Assembly (NCBI GenBank): GCA_010909165.1
Contig: MU008166.1
Coordinates: forward strand, 186,001-250,000
DNA length: 64,000 nt
Reading direction: 5' to 3'
Source of the DNA: Anthoceros angustus
Lineage: Eukaryota; Plantae; Anthocerotophyta
A program made the translations under genes and the position numbers. Positions 40,501 through 54,600 of the stretch are shown piece by piece; position 1 is the stretch's first letter; every line of letters starts with the position of its first letter. Under the pieces are notes generated by a model, which saw nothing but the letters and a program-made list of their open reading frames with translations, ran no database searches and had not been told where the DNA came from.

Positions 40501-42950
40501 CCAGAAGGATTCCATAAGTTAACCAAGTACTCCTCAAGGTAAAGGATCGCTTGGAGATGTACCTCAAGGCGGACGTGATCTATCCTATAGTCAATACCGA
40601 ATGGGTGGCTCCAATAGTGGTAGTACCTAAGAGGCGCCCAGCAAAATCCGAGTTTGTCGATCGAGAAGGTTGAATAAGGTCACCAAGAAGGATCACTTTC
40701 CGCTACCCTTCATCGATAATATCCTCGGATCCGTCGCAGTGTAATGGCGATTCATTCCTAGACGGTACTGGGTATAATCACCGCACCTTAGGGAGAGCGA
40801 TTGGCCTCGACCGCTTTTACAACCGATGGGGACATATGCTTACAAGCGCGCTGATTTGGAGCACCGGTCCTTCATGCGAGCCATCACAAAATTTTCAAGG
40901 ACTTCCTCGCGACTTTATGGAAGTTTTCCGACGCGATTCGCTGTCAAGGACCATCCGCCGCACCCGGAAGTGCCCGAGCCGAGCAACGCAATTATGCTCG
41001 CATCCGTAAAAGTGCTGGCATGTAGGAATTCGCTGGGGCATCGAATTTTCAAGCCGAGGTATAGAAGTAGATCCGGACAAGGTAAAGGTCATCGCCACCC
41101 TTAGAGCACCAATAACGCTAAAGGAACTCCGCGGTTCCCGGGATGGTCATTATAGACGCTTGCTCCAAATTTCGCCAAGCGCCCCCACTAACGAGCTTGT
41201 TAAGGAAGGATCGGAGTGGAGGACGACGAACGGAGGAAGCATTTCGTGACTTACGCACCACACCGCCAGCCCCACGCTAAAAGGACCGGATCGAGTAAGA
41301 AGTTCCACGCTGCTGATGTTTCAGCAATTGGGTCACCCCAGCCGGATGAGAAGAAGAAGGATTTTCCGATCTACTATGCCGGAGACAACTAACGGACGCG
41401 GAGCGAAAGTATACCACCACGAGCGCCAATCGGAATGGTTTACTCGGTCGAAATTGACACTACCTCTCGTATGAATTTGTGTTCCATGTTGACCACTTTG
41501 CCTTGAAACACCTTGTGAATAAACTCGACCTTTCGGACGCATAGCCTGGATCTTGCGCTGTGAGTTTACCTTCACAAAGGGAAACGAGAGAGGTAGGAAG
41601 CATATCAATGCCGACTTCATATCTCGATTGAAAACAGGAAAGGTGGAAAACGACCAGAAGACGACTTTCCGATGAGACACTGCTTTCATAGGAGTTGCAA
41701 ACCAACCAGTGAAGCCAGCCCAAGGAAGGAGGAGCCAAGATCGATTGAGAAGGGAGGGTGGCTTCAAGACCAACATATCGAGATATACGATTATCTTGGC
41801 AGGCCAAATTCCTCCACATCTATCCAAGACACATTCAAAGCGTTGTCCACTACTCCGCACCATCTCACACGGCACAATATGAATTTATACCGAGTCCCGA
41901 CGGCAGGAGCGGTTATGGGTACGCATCAAGGTGTGAGCGAGTCCCGAGCTCTTTACACGAAGAAGAGGCGGAGGTCATTATGCCGCATGTCACATGCAGA
42001 AAATTTTGAGGTCGGCTATTGGTGGCCTACAATGTACAAGGATGCCAAGGAGTTCGTGAAGCGCTGTGACGCTGCCAAAGGGTCGGCAAGCCAACAAAGA
42101 ACAACCCAATGGCCCCTTGTCCCCATACTTGCACCGCACCATTCGAAAATGGGGAATCGATTTTGTCGGCCCCTATCCACCAAAACCAAGGCTCGCCAAA
42201 ACCAATACATCCCGTGGCGACATCGCACGCGATGGTGGTAGAAGCGTGCACGCCGTAGATTCGGGCGCACGTCGCCGCGATTCCCTGCTCGAGCAAATCA
42301 TCACCGATATGGCTCACTGAGCTGGTCGCTGATGAGGAACACATTTCGTCAATCGTAATCTCCAACATGACCAACCACTTCAACGCCGCCATGTGAAGTC
42401 CATTTTATAACCCAAAAGCCAATGGCCGAAAAGGCAAATGGCTTGTTGTGCAAGATCCTAACCAAACTCACCGCCGCCTATGCGATGATCGATATGAAAT
42501 CGCATTCAAGACTGTGCACGGACCGCTGGAAAAGGTGACAACGCAGAAACCCAGTATTATCTTACTTACGGCATTCATCATTATGCCAATAGAATTCAAG
42601 TTCCACCGAGAATACAGGAACCAAGTCGAATGCCGGAGGAAAGTCGCTTGGAAAGGTTGGTGGGTTTCGTACGACACACGGAGGACAGAGAACAAGCCCT
42701 CCAAGTTATGCGGGATGTCCAAAGACAGGAGGAAGGAGTGGCACGACAAGAGAGCCAAGAATACGTTGTTCCCGGGATCCGCTTTACTATACGATAACCG
42801 ATACATGCACTTTCCGTAAATTACATCTCGATGGATGGGGCCCTTCGTAGTTTCCGACAACGGATCAATTCAACTCAAGATTTTAGTGGCTCACCCCAAC
42901 GCCACAACGGTTGGCGGGTCAAGAAATATTACCAATAAGTTGGCGAGGAC
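37550..42950 (+). pseudogene. Gypsy-B gag-pol remnant (gag, CCHC knuckle, protease, RT, RNase H, integrase)
   Basis: gag PYPR.EG..TDEFVERFE. Knuckle CYNCRN near 38660. Protease LGLDIEHTTKVLRLAD..MDYVVI. RT KADVIYPIVNTEWVAPIVVVPK and LNKVTKKDHFPLPFIDNILG. RNase H EFVFHVDHFALKHLVNK and DDFPDE (Athila-like). Integrase GYWWPTMYKDAKEFVKRCD, KWGIDFVGP, KANGLLCKILTK, LLYDNRYMHFP. Confidence 0.92.
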
Positions 42951-45045
42951 GCCAACAAATGAGAAGGGAGTATGTGGAAGACCACATGTGAACTAACCCC
43001 GCCTCAAGTGTCGTGGTGAACGATTTTTTGTTTTGGGTGTGTTAGAATAGCAAGTGCTTTGAGAATCCTCGAGTCGGTCTTTTATACGGAATGGTCCTTG
43101 GCCCTTGGAGATAATAATAATTTTTCGACCCTTAGGTTTGACCCTGAGGGGGTAGAAATAGAGTCCTTGGGTATTGGGAATTTTAGAATAAAAGGTGTCT
43201 ATATATGCTAGGGATGCTCACAATATGCCACGCTTGTAGTGGGGTGGTGGCTAGTTCCACCACGGGAGAAACGGACGACGCACTGTGGGAATTTACAACC
43301 CTAGTGGCGGAGCGGGACTACCGGAGCAATCGGGAGAAGGGCACACCCAAGACGCGAGGTCGCGACTTTCCGTGAGGGGCACGGAGCGGAGCCGCAGCAA
43401 GAGGGGCGGCACACCCACGCCAGCCAACCACCTCCTGCGGGAGGAAAGGCGCGCACGATCGTGGCAGCGCGGCGGCGGAGGAGAGAAATCGGCCGCAAGT
43501 TCGCGAGGAGGCGTGGAAGGAGCGAGGGCGGCTCGATTTTTTCTCTTCCGACCGTGATCCGCAGGTAGTCGAGGTTTTGTTTTGGGAAACAACGAGAAGG
43601 AGATGGCGCCGAGCGCCGAAATCTACTCACGCAGCGGCCCAACATGGACCATCGGAAAGTGAGAGCCGGCAGTGCGTGGAGCCGGGTCTGATGAGGAACA
43701 CATTTCGTCAATCGTAATCTCCAACATGACCAACCACTTCAACGCCGCCATGTGAAGTCCACGCCTTTATAACCCAAAAGCCAATGGGTGACGGAAAAGG
43801 CAAATGGCTTGTTGTGCAAGATCCTAACCAAACTCATCACTATGCGTATGATCGATATGAAATCGATTCAAGATCGGGCGACGACGGAAAAGGTGACAAC
43901 GCAGAAACCCCAGTATTATCTTTACGGCATTCTCATGCTAATAGAATTCAAGTTCCACCGAGAATACAGGAACCAAGTCGAATGCCGTGGAGGAAAGTCG
44001 CTTGGAAAGGTTGGTGGGTTTACGACGGAGGACAGAGAACAAGCCTCCAAGTTATGCGGGATGTCCAAAGACAGGAGGAAGGAGTGGCACGACAAGAGAT
44101 TGAAGGCCAAGAATACGTTGTTCCCGGGATCCGCTTTACTATACGATAACCGATACATGCACTTTCCGTAAATTACATCTCGATGGATGGGGCCCTTCGT
44201 AGTTTAAGTTTTCAACGGATCAATTCAACTCCAAGATTTTAGTGGCTCACCCTTGCCAACGCCAACCAACGGTTGGCGGGTCAAGAAATATTACCAATAA
44301 GTTGGCGAGGACGCCAACAAATGAGAAGGGAGTATGTGGAAGACCACATGTGAACTAACCCCGCCTCAAGTGTCGTGGTGAACGATTTTTTGTTTTGTGT
44401 GTTAGAATAGCAGTGCTTTGAGAATCGTCCGAGTCGTCTTTTATACGGAATGGTCCTTGGCCCTTGGAGATAATAATAATTTCGATCCTTAGGTTTGACC
44501 CCGAGGGGGTAGAAATAGAGTCCTTGGGTATTGGGAATTTTAGAATAAAAGGTGTCTATATATGCTAGGGATGCTCACAATATGCCACGCTTGTGTAGTG
44601 GGGGGTGGTGGCTAGTTCCACCACGGGCCGAACGGACGCATGCACTGTGGGAATTTACAACCCTAGTGGCGGAGGGACTACCATACCGGAGCAATCGGGA
44701 GAAGGGCACACCCAAAGACCGCGAGGTCGCGACTTTCCGTGAGGGGCAGCGGAGCTGCAAGAGGGGCGCGCGCTGCACAACGACGCCAGCCAAATCACCG
44801 CCTCGCGGAGGAAAGGCGCACGATCAGGCGGAGCGGGCGGAGGAGAGAAATCACCGCAAGTTCGCGAGGAGGCGTGGAAGGAGCGCCGAGGGCGGCTCGA
44901 TTTTTTCTCTCGACCGTGGATCTGGGTAGTCGAGGTTTTGTTTTGGGAGACAACGAGAAGGAGATGGCGCCCGAGCGGCCGAAATCACTCACGCGGCCCA
45001 ACATGGACCATCGGAAAGTGAGAGCCGGCACGGGCGTGAGCCGGG
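42329..45045. repeat. Tandem duplication of about 1.36 kb covering the integrase C-terminus, PPT and start of the 3' LTR of Gypsy-B
   Basis: CTGATGAGGAACACATTTCGTCAATCGTAATC at about 42329 and 43688. The PPT/LTR junction occurs at both 42973 and 44335. Confidence 0.95.
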
Positions 45046-48000
45046 TCCAAGTTCATGGAGAAGAAATGGTGCTACGACCGCATTGGTGCAAGAGTGCGCC
45101 CGCAATTAAGGACCAAGTCGCAAGAGGGTGACGCGAGGAAAAGGCCGCAGAATCGGATTTGGCCTCTTCGAAAGGTATGGGCGAAGCATCGAGGATGGGA
45201 GCTTGGTGATTGACCCCAAATAAAGAAGACTTTGAAAGCCGCAGCGCCGCGCCATGAAGCCTGGGAAGTGAGAGTGAACAATGGTGGGTGACTCGCCAAC
45301 TCGTTCGCACCGTGGGATTGGCCAAATGGATTTTGTGTTCCTGTAACCTAAGCCGGATCATATGGCGGATCACTTCTTGGTTTTTCTTCACGAGGTGGTC
45401 AAGGGTACACAAATTGATTGGGGAGGATGATTTTCAAAGAGCGTGAGGAGAAGGCGAATTTACTCTTCTTCCCTCGGCCCTCCTTGATTTCGCCTTTTCT
45501 CGATTCATGTATTTCATTCCGGTGTTTAACGAGTTGAAGTCGGTCCGCCTGCATGGTTGGAAGCCGGCCAGGAACTCAAGGTAGAAGAGGAGGAATTGAA
45601 GGAGGATTCGCAAGGATTCCAGAGCTTGGGAGTGCGCTCGAAGGTTCTAAGAGGGAGGGGAAGTTTCAAGGGTAAGAAGCGGCGGGGCGACGAACGGGAT
45701 CGGCGAAGAAGGGAGGGCAGCAGAGGAGGAACCCACAGCCACACCTGTGGTCACTGTGTCAAGACCAGCAGAACGCGGGTAAGGAGGAAAAGTAAAGGGA
45801 AATGGTAAGTTGCTCCCTGTGGGATGAATCGCCGCTAGGGGAGAATGAAGGGAGAAGAGGCGCAACCAACCCCTAGGAGAGGAGGGGTTAACTTCACCGA
45901 GACCGCAACGAGCTCCGGACATTTTGGCGACATTTCACCGAACCCTACGAGGTGGGGATAGGAGACACCGCCGACACGAATTGTTGTGGAGGCGGATGGG
46001 CAAGGGACAGCCCAATTTGGGATTTGGTGGTTTGACTGCCATGGCATGACGCAGCGGATCTCCTCGATCAAGCCATGGCTCTCACTTGGCCGACAACAGG
46101 AGAAGTTGCTCAAGGAGAAGTTGGAGAGCCCGAAGGCGAGAGCAAGGCGGCCGAGGAGCGCAGACGGAGGCGGCCTTATGCAAGGCATGTGAGCTTAAGG
46201 CATGTCCACTCGCAGAAGCTTTAGTAAATCAGTCAAGGGGCGCATGCTACAATTGAAGAGCTTGATGCGAGTCCAGGAGCAGTGGGCGATGGCGCCTTGG
46301 AGAAATTCAAGAATCATGAGAGGTACAAGCGGAAAGAGACGGGCTAGAGTCAAGAGAGAGGTGGCCAAACCAAGAAAGGCCGAGCAACACCACCGGAGCC
46401 AAACAACCACCGTGGGGAAGAACCACCACGGTGGCTAAACCAGCCACCGTGGAACGGGAACCGAGGTGGGGAAGTCACCGACGGAGTGTCGCAGATGGAG
46501 GGACAGATCCCCGGAGAATCAAGCGGCCTGTGATTGTCCACGGAGGAGAGGGTAAGGACCAGATCGAAGGGCGACAGTTACGTCCGGATGAGGATGCTCA
46601 TGTCCTCGGCTTCGCCGCATGGTGAGCGTGCTCACGTGTATGTGGTTGTTGGGACAGGAGGGGCGTAAACCATCGGGTCAGACATCTTGACCGCCAGCGC
46701 TACTGGTTCCTTCGAGTGGCGCCTATCCTCCGCAAGTGGTGCCGAGATGAGCGAGGCGCAGCGAGCATGGAGGGAGATCCCGGAGAATCAACGCAGCCGC
46801 CTGTGATTGTCCACGGAGGAGAGGGTAAGGACCTCAGATAAGGGGCGACAGTTACGCGGCCCCGGATGAGGATGCTCATGTCCGGCCGCCGCATGGTGAG
46901 CGTGCTCACTCTAAACGTATGTGGTTGTTGGGACAGAGGGGCGTAAACCACCGGTCAGACATCTTGACCGCCAGCGCTACTGCTGGTTCCTTCGTAGGAG
47001 CGGGCGCCTATCCTCCGCAAGTGGTGCCGGAAGAGATGAGCGAGGCGCAGCGAGCATGGAGGGAGGAGCACAGTATGGTTGTCCAAATGAGGAGGAGCGG
47101 ACAATGGACATAGAGGTCACAGGCGCCAGCCCGCTGGAAGGCGCGAGGGAAATTCAAAGGAGAGCGAGGTGGAGGTTGTGGGGAAAATCGCTCGGATCGA
47201 GTCAAGAGCGAGAGGGGTCCCCATGGGCAGGGCAGGGCAATCGCGGAGCAGCGGGCTGATTTTAGGAGAGTCGCGATAGCCTAGGACCGGGTTTTTCGCG
47301 AGAGGATAGGGAGTTCCATCACCAGAGTTGTTGCTTAGATTGGTAAGGCGCCGTGGTAGGAGCTACAATTTTAGACACTAAAGAGAAGTGAGTCGTGTTG
47401 GACCACCCAGATGTATAAGAGACCCTGGGTGTCTCTCAAGGCATTTATTTCGTGTGAACTTCCGCATATCGAACCGAGGTTGATTGGAGACGTCGTCAAG
47501 ATCAAACGGGTTCGCGCACCGCCTCGTCAAGAAGACCGGAAGATCTCGGATGGTCGAGAGCGGAGTGGCCAAGCTCCACGCCCGTAACGGAAGCGCGCGC
47601 CGAAAAGAGGTAGGAGTGCGGACGGCCGAGGCGGAATCCGGAAGGCGAATCGCCCAAGCACCGACCGGGTTTTCCCGATCCTCTTTCCAACCGCTGCCAC
47701 TGTGTGTGTTCATTCCATGAGAGGGGTCCGTGGCCAAGGAGGGGTCCGTGTGGCCAAGGGAAAGGGGTCTGTGGCCCGTGAGACGAGGGAGAGTTCATTG
47801 GGAAGGGAAAGGTCCGGGTAGTTGTGCTACCGAGGGATTGTGAGAGTGCGAGGGAAAATCGGAAACGCGAGGGGAGTGGAAGCGGTAGGATCGCAAATTC
47901 CTAAGGTGAGGCGATATAGGTGTCCGAGCCCCCTAGGTCCGTGTTAGAGAAGTCGTGACAGACTCCGCGAAGGGCGCGCTGTGGCCCGCCATGTGGCCGA

Positions 48001-48196
48001 ACTGCCACCGCGGTGGCCGAGTCCACCACTGGTGGGTTTGGGCAGGTGGAGAAGGTGAGCGAGCGTAAGGTGTCTAGAATCCATAGATTTAGCACACCTT
48101 GACACAACACCATTCCCTTGGGATCGAATCCTAGGACTATAACGACATAGAGGGTAAATGTGGCCTCTTTGCCTTCGATGCAAAACCCATTCCACA
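44335..48196 (+). repeat. 3' LTR of Gypsy-B
   Basis: TG...CA termini, colinear with 32356-37132. A small duplication of about 270 bp lies near 46500-46890. Confidence 0.9.
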
Positions 48197-48949
48197 GTGA
48201 GATCACCCCATCTTTGTCTGCAAGGGATTGTGAACTAAATGGAGAAATCATGTGTGCATGAAGAAAGCTTAGTTGCCGATGTGCAAAGGAAGAAGTGAGG
48301 AGAGAACCTTGCAAGAGGAAGCTACATGTGCTAACATTTTCAAGGGTTCCGCTGAGGAAGAAGAGGTAGTTGTCTAAGAGGAGGAGAAGGTTGTGCTCAC
48401 GACAACAAGAGGAAGGAAGTTGTTGCCGAGGAGTTGCCGATCAAGGGTGAGGGTCAAGAATTGAGCCGGTTAGTAATTTCAAGGTACATCTTCCGCTCTC
48501 GCAAGAGGAGGACTTTTTCTGGATTGTCGAGCTCTTCTAGCTTGATTTTGTCGTCATAGAGGAGGAAGGCAAGAGGGTGAGATTTGGCAAGGGAGAAGTT
48601 GGGGTATGAAATCTAATGGCGGCCACAAGGTCTTGATCGAATTATTGCCCAACTTGCTGCCCTTTCAACCTTGCTTGTTAGGAGGATCGAGGCGCTTGTG
48701 TGCCCAAGTCCGTATAGTACATCCCGCTTGCGCAGATTTGTTTACGCCAATATTGCAGGAATTGCTGGGAGGTGTGCCCATAGTTTTGTGGACGCCCTTG
48801 ACCATGATAGGAGGAAGCAGAGGTGGTGGGAGTCCCACCCCACAACACCAGCAAGATGTGTGAGATTTGGGGAGAAGAAACGAGATCACATGTTGGTCCT
48901 GAGAACTCAAGGAAGAGGGGGAGTCTTTGTATGATTATGTAGAGGGATT

Positions 48950-51620
48950 TATGGTTACTTCAAGAGAGTACCACCACGTCCGCTAAGGAGTGACCTTTTC
49001 CGATAAAAGTTCGAGAAGTTCGAGGGAATGTATGATGCTATAGAAGACGAGAGCTAGAGTCCGTAAGGTAGCAAGGATTTCTAAGTACCTAGGTGTAGAG
49101 GAGATGGTAGAGTTGAAGAAGCGGGGAGCAACATATGAATGAAGTTATTTTCGACGAAACGGAAAACGACTTGAGGCCAGATGACCGATTTCGACGAGGA
49201 GTTGGTTGCCACGGCCCGGTCAAGGGGAGGACGTGAGCATGTTGTAGACAGCCTAAGAATTGATCAGCAAGACTTGTTGCCAGCAGAGAGGCCAAATGAG
49301 CAAGAAGGGAGTTGCAGGTGAAGAGTTGCAGGACAACTGGAACCGAGAGAGGATAAGAGGGCGCCAGCATGGGCACGAGGAGGAGGCTGAAATGATCCTC
49401 AAGGGTGAGCAGTGAGGGCTGCAAGTGGAGGCCATCACGATGGCAAAGAAAGAAGCAAAACGACATGAGAGCACCGCTTTTGAAAGAACAGGAAGGCGCC
49501 CACTTGGCGAGGTGGGGCCAGGGCGCCATGAGGCCGCGAGGAGGAGAAGGCCCTAGGGAGGTGGACACGCCAGAGGGCGAAGGAGGAGATGCGCTTCATG
49601 AAAAGTTTGAGCGTAAACCGCAGAGGGAGAGGCGATCCGGGCAATCACTCAAAATTCGACCATGGAGGTGCAGCAAGGCGAGGAGGTCGCCATGGGAGCG
49701 CGATCTGACCTGGACATGAGGCTAGGCCAACAAGAAGGGAGGAAATCGGAACTTGGTTGGAAGGGAGCACAACCGACCGCAAGCTAAAACTTGCAGATTG
49801 GCTGGTGGAGGAAACGGTTTTGTGAATGAGGTTGAGCATGCCGTCAGCAACAACGCCGGGTTTGCTGGTAAGCGAGCTAGCAAGAGACCACAACGATGGT
49901 GGCAAGGATGATGGAGAAATTGCGAAGAAATCACAATTTGGAGGAAGGAGAAGTGGCACACAAAATGGTGAGGTGGCCGAGGAGTCGCGCCAGAGCGGAG
50001 CGAGGATGGCTCTATGGTGATGTGTATGAAGGAGGATTGTGGAGAAATCACACCTCAAGATATGCTTGCGTGGAATTGCAAGAAGGAGCCGACCAATTCA
50101 CGGTCGATTGCGGAAATTGCTGTCAGGAAACTGCAGCAACGTAAGGAGATCGCTGCTAGAGCGCGATCTAGGGCTAGACATGAGTCTAGAAGGTCGGGAG
50201 ATGGTGTACCAGCGATGATGCTGTCCACGACTGCAGTACGGATGCCCGCAGATCGACGCGGTGGAGAAGCTAGTTTTGTGAGCCGAGTTGAAGGCGGGGT
50301 TGTGGCCACAGCACCAACATCCACCGTGAACAAGCTAGATGGAAACAAGGGCGTGGCTGAGGTCAAGAGCAAGTCTTGATGCTGGAAAGCCAAGGATCCG
50401 TGAAGGGAGTTTTGTGCTGAGATGCCGCAACCTAATGAATTGGGGATTCGAGCGAGGAGAAAGGGTGAGCAGTCAAGAGGGCTGCAAGTGGAGGCCACGG
50501 TTGGCAAAGGGAGAAGAGAAAACGGAGAAATCGGAGGGACTCCCACACATGGCGGTGTGGCGCGAGATGATGGAGCCTCGAGTAGGGACGGCTCGAGGAT
50601 GGTGTGCATGGAAAGGAGCGTGAAGAAACCGCGATCCAAGGGAGCTTGCAGAAAACCGCAGAAAAGGAATTGGCGAATTCATGGGCGGCCAAGGAAGCCA
50701 CTTTTGTGGAGGTACGGCATGTCGAGAGTATTGTCGAGGAGCGAGCTAGCTCGGGCCAGAGCCTAAGGTTATCATGGTGACCACCGCTGCAAGAAGAGCA
50801 AGTTGACGCAGCGTGATACCGCAGCCGATGCAAGGAGCGCCCCACGGTCATAATGTACATGGCGCCAGCCCCCGTCCGTTGGGCGAGGTAGCAGGAAGTG
50901 GCGAAAAGTGCATGGGAAGAGGAGGTTAGAACGTGAAGGACTCATGTCCACGTTATTGAATGGTGAGGTATGAAATTTCTTGGAGCAGGAATCATGCGGA
51001 TAGTTTGTCTAGGGAAGGGCGTGCGCCTTTCTCCCTAGAGCTGCCTTATTGTCTAAGAGATGGGGTCTTATACAAGCTTGGTTTGGATGAGAAGATCCGA
51101 CGTTGTTTGAAGGGAAGGAAGCTTCTTCAAAGAAGCTGCATGCGTAAGAGGTTGGAGGCCATTATTCAGTGTAAATCATGGTGAAGAAGATCTTAGATGC
51201 AGCATTGTGGGCTTACAGAAAGCGGAGAAAGTGACTACCAAGAAGACTCATATTATTTAACGAATGATGCCCATTGAATTTGAGGTACCTACCTATAGAA
51301 TCATGGAGGATGAGCGATAATCGAGAGGAGTCGTGAAGTTAGACTAGAGTCTTTCATAGAGCATGAGGAACGTAGGGAAGAGGCTTTAGAAGAAACCCAA
51401 ATTGGAGCTTAGAAAGGAGAGGCATGATGGGAATTAAGGAAGCAAGAGGCTATCATGGCCGGGATTTGGTTCTTCTATATGATGGTCGCTTACATGGATT
51501 TCCTGGAAGTTTAGGACCGTATGTGGTGGTGGCAGTATGAGAATGGATCCGCAAACACGCAGGATGGGGATTTGCCGCCAACTAGAGTGAATGGGTGGAA
51601 GGTTAAGAAGTACCTTCACT
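48950..51620 (+). pseudogene. Gypsy-A internal remnant: gag-like region, RNase H end, integrase pieces
   Basis: KFEKFEG (gag-like). YEISWSRNHADSLSR (end of RNase H). DGVLYKLGLDEKIRRCL, then GGHYSV.IMVKKILDAALWAYR fused (integrase core missing), then LPPTRVNGWKVKKY. No RT motifs seen. Confidence 0.7.
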
Positions 51621-51664
51621 GAGATTCGTTGTTTGCGAGGACGCAAACAGTGAGGAGGGGAGTA

Positions 51665-54600
51665 TGTGGAATGCAAAAGTTTGGGCAACTGTTTAAGTGA
51701 GTTGTTTTGAACAGTCCAATTCTTTTGATAGAAATGGTTTGGTGGAAACATGCGAGAAATGTTTTTGTTCGATTGAAGCCGGAGTCAGAGGATGCACCGG
51801 GAAGGCAGAGAGGATACTTAGGGAAAAGAAACGGATCAAATGACCTTCTAGTGAGGAGGGTAGGAGACATATGTGAACGGGGAGATGTCCCACTGCTAGG
51901 AGGTATCCTACCACCGAGAAACTCCTACCACGGTAGGCTAAGTGGAGAGAACTCCTACCCCATAGGTATGGGTAGGAGAATGTCCCACCACCGTAGGTAA
52001 GCGGCCCAGCTGCTTTTGATGACCCACAGGAGTAGCTCCTACCACGGTAGGAAAGGGTGAAGGCAATTAAGCCAAGGAAGTAGCTTGAGGTTGCCGCAGC
52101 AATGCTGATAGGCTTGCAGGCAAAGGCCCCGATTATTGACCACCACCAAGTTTGAGGGAAGGCAAAGTAATTTGCCACATGTGTGGAAGAAGTGAGACAT
52201 GGTGTGCTCTATTGAGATTTTGCAGAAGGAGGACTGCTAGGTAGAGATGTGTGGCAAGGGTTGCTGGAAGATGGGCCAAGTGCCCGTAATGGTGGAATTG
52301 TGCGGATCTGCAGGGCTCTAGGTTGGGAGCTCATGCGAGAGAGGAGCAGAATTGGTGCAAGGATGGGAGCGAGGAGCTCATGTTGAGGTGAGCAGCCACA
52401 AGGGTTGCAAGAGGAGGCCATGGCGGTGCCGAGGCACATGGAAGTGCTCAATGGAGTCACGATGTGAGGATGGCGGTGTTGAACTAGGAAAGGCCGTGGT
52501 AGAGCACTCACGGCAGCTGAATTTGTAGTGGGCTGCAAGATGGAGGTGTGGCCAAACCATAGGAAGGCGCGTGTGCGCAACATGGTGAAGGGATCACAAC
52601 GGGTGTGCATCATGACGGCGGAATTTGCGCTGCAAGTCAAAGTGAAGGGAGGCCTGTGGTGGCGAGGAGAAATGGGTAGCAAGGAGGGTTGATACGAGAT
52701 GTTGTTGAGGTGTGAGGAGTTCACCGGGAATAAGTCATTTATTCAGTTGAGTGTTATGCACAAGCCAATTGGTGTGTTGGACAATGAAGTGTAAGAACTC
52801 CAGAGTTAAGCGTCCTAGGGGTGGATCAAGAGGAGATGGGGTGCCTTTTGTGTGAGGTGTTTCAACTTATTATATTTGCGTGGTCACATGAGAGCCCTAC
52901 GAGGGGTAGGTGTAGGTGATAGTTGGCACAAGAATGGAGGGGCCCCTACATGGCCAGCCGAGGAGGTGTCAGTGGTACGTAGGGTGAGGGTAGCTACGAA
53001 GATGGTACGAGGATGGTAGTGGAGGGTGCACGAGGGGAATGTAGGGTAGCGTGGCAGTAGTGGTGAGGTAGTGACGAGGCATGGCACTCACGTAGGGAGG
53101 AGGTGCACCTACGGAGGGAGGTGCACCAGGGAGCAGAAGGGAGGTGCACTATGTATGTATGTATGTATGTATGTATTCATGTATTCAGTATTCATGTAAT
53201 GATATGGGCAGGGCATGTCCATAAGTAGACTTCCCTACCGAGGTAGGGAACAAGGTAGGGAACAAGTAGGGAACAAGTAGGGCAGAGATGCGGTAGGATG
53301 TGGGGTAGCAGGCCCCTGGGCATTAGTTAGGTAGGTAGATAGGTAGGATGAGAGTGTCTCCCACCGTAGGGAGTGGTGAGGTCTCCCAGTAGGGAGAGGT
53401 CTCCCTACGATAAGTGGAGAGGTCTACTAGGAGTGGAGAGGATTCGGAAAGTGTGCGACAACATGGAGGGAAGCAAGATTTGGCATTGTGTACAAACCTA
53501 GGAAGTAATAATAAAACATAAATATGTGGGTAGGTAGTGTGGGTGTGGCCATGCAAGCGGGTGTGGAGTGGCACCTAGGAAGCTGCGAGGAATTGCACTA
53601 AGAGCTGGCATGCAAAGGAAAGCTAGACAAGGACTTGGAGAACGCGGTGCCCATGTGTGTGCAAGGAGAAGGAGGTGTGCGTGCAAGGAGTTGTGTGTGA
53701 AGGGATTTGAAGCACAATCTGAAGAGGGCAGGGAGCTGAATTTGTGCCTAGGACCTTGCAAGTGAGGGATTTGGCATAAGGAGTTGTCTGAGGGCATCAA
53801 GTTTGAGCTAGGTGGGACCGTGGAGTGAAGAGGAAGTAAGTGGCTGAAGTTGCTCTCTTGGTGGATTTTGTGGCAAGTGAAGAAACTCGCAATTGTGTGT
53901 AGACCCGAGGTGACAACTAGGTGGAAACAAGGTGGGGGGTGCCTAAGCTTGTTTGTGCGCTTATTTTGAAGGGTGCAAGATGGTGAAAGCGCTTGCACCT
54001 AAGAAGGGCGTTGGGAGCCGTGGAGAAGAGGAACTTGAGGAACTGGAGAATAGGGATGCAAGGAGATCCTGTGGGCCAGCCCAACACATCCGATGTGTAT
54101 GGAAGGCCGAGAGGATGACTTGGAGGAGGAAGAGGAAGGCATGGAGCAAGATCCGCCACGGGAGACCTTGCAAAGGGGAGAGTGTGGAGGCGGTAGGGCC
54201 ATAAGAAGGTTGACCCTCCGTAGGTGTAGAGGGTGGCCCTACATCCGTAGGGATCACCGGCGCGCAGCATCTAGAGGTAATTGAAGGGGTTGGTGGTAGC
54301 TTGGAGTGTGGGCTCATTGCTTGGGGAGACTTTCTTTAGAGGAGGACAGTATTAATGCTTGTCAACCCAAAGAGGGTGTGTGTTGACTAGCTAGATAGGA
54401 ATGTTGACAGAGCCATTAAGGCTCACATAGGTGAATTTGCTAGAATAGAATTTTACCCAAGATGCTTGGATGTCGAACTTAAAGTCCGACAGGATACACT
54501 AGAATAAGGAGTGAGGCGGGCGGAGGGCGCCTGTGGAGGTCAGTATGTGAGGACCTCCCTATAAAAGGAGGAAGCAAGATTGGGACAAGATACAAAATAG

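Larger units (their letters stand above)
32356..48196 (+). mobile_element. Athila-like Ty3/Gypsy retrotransposon Gypsy-B nested in Gypsy-A
   Basis: LTRs start TGTGGAAGACCACATGTG (32356; 42973 and duplicate 44335) and end CCATTCCACA (37132, 48196). PBS at 37136, PPT GAGAAGGGAGTA at 42961-42972. Flanks GGAGA / GTGAGA form an imperfect TSD (one indel). Confidence 0.9.
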
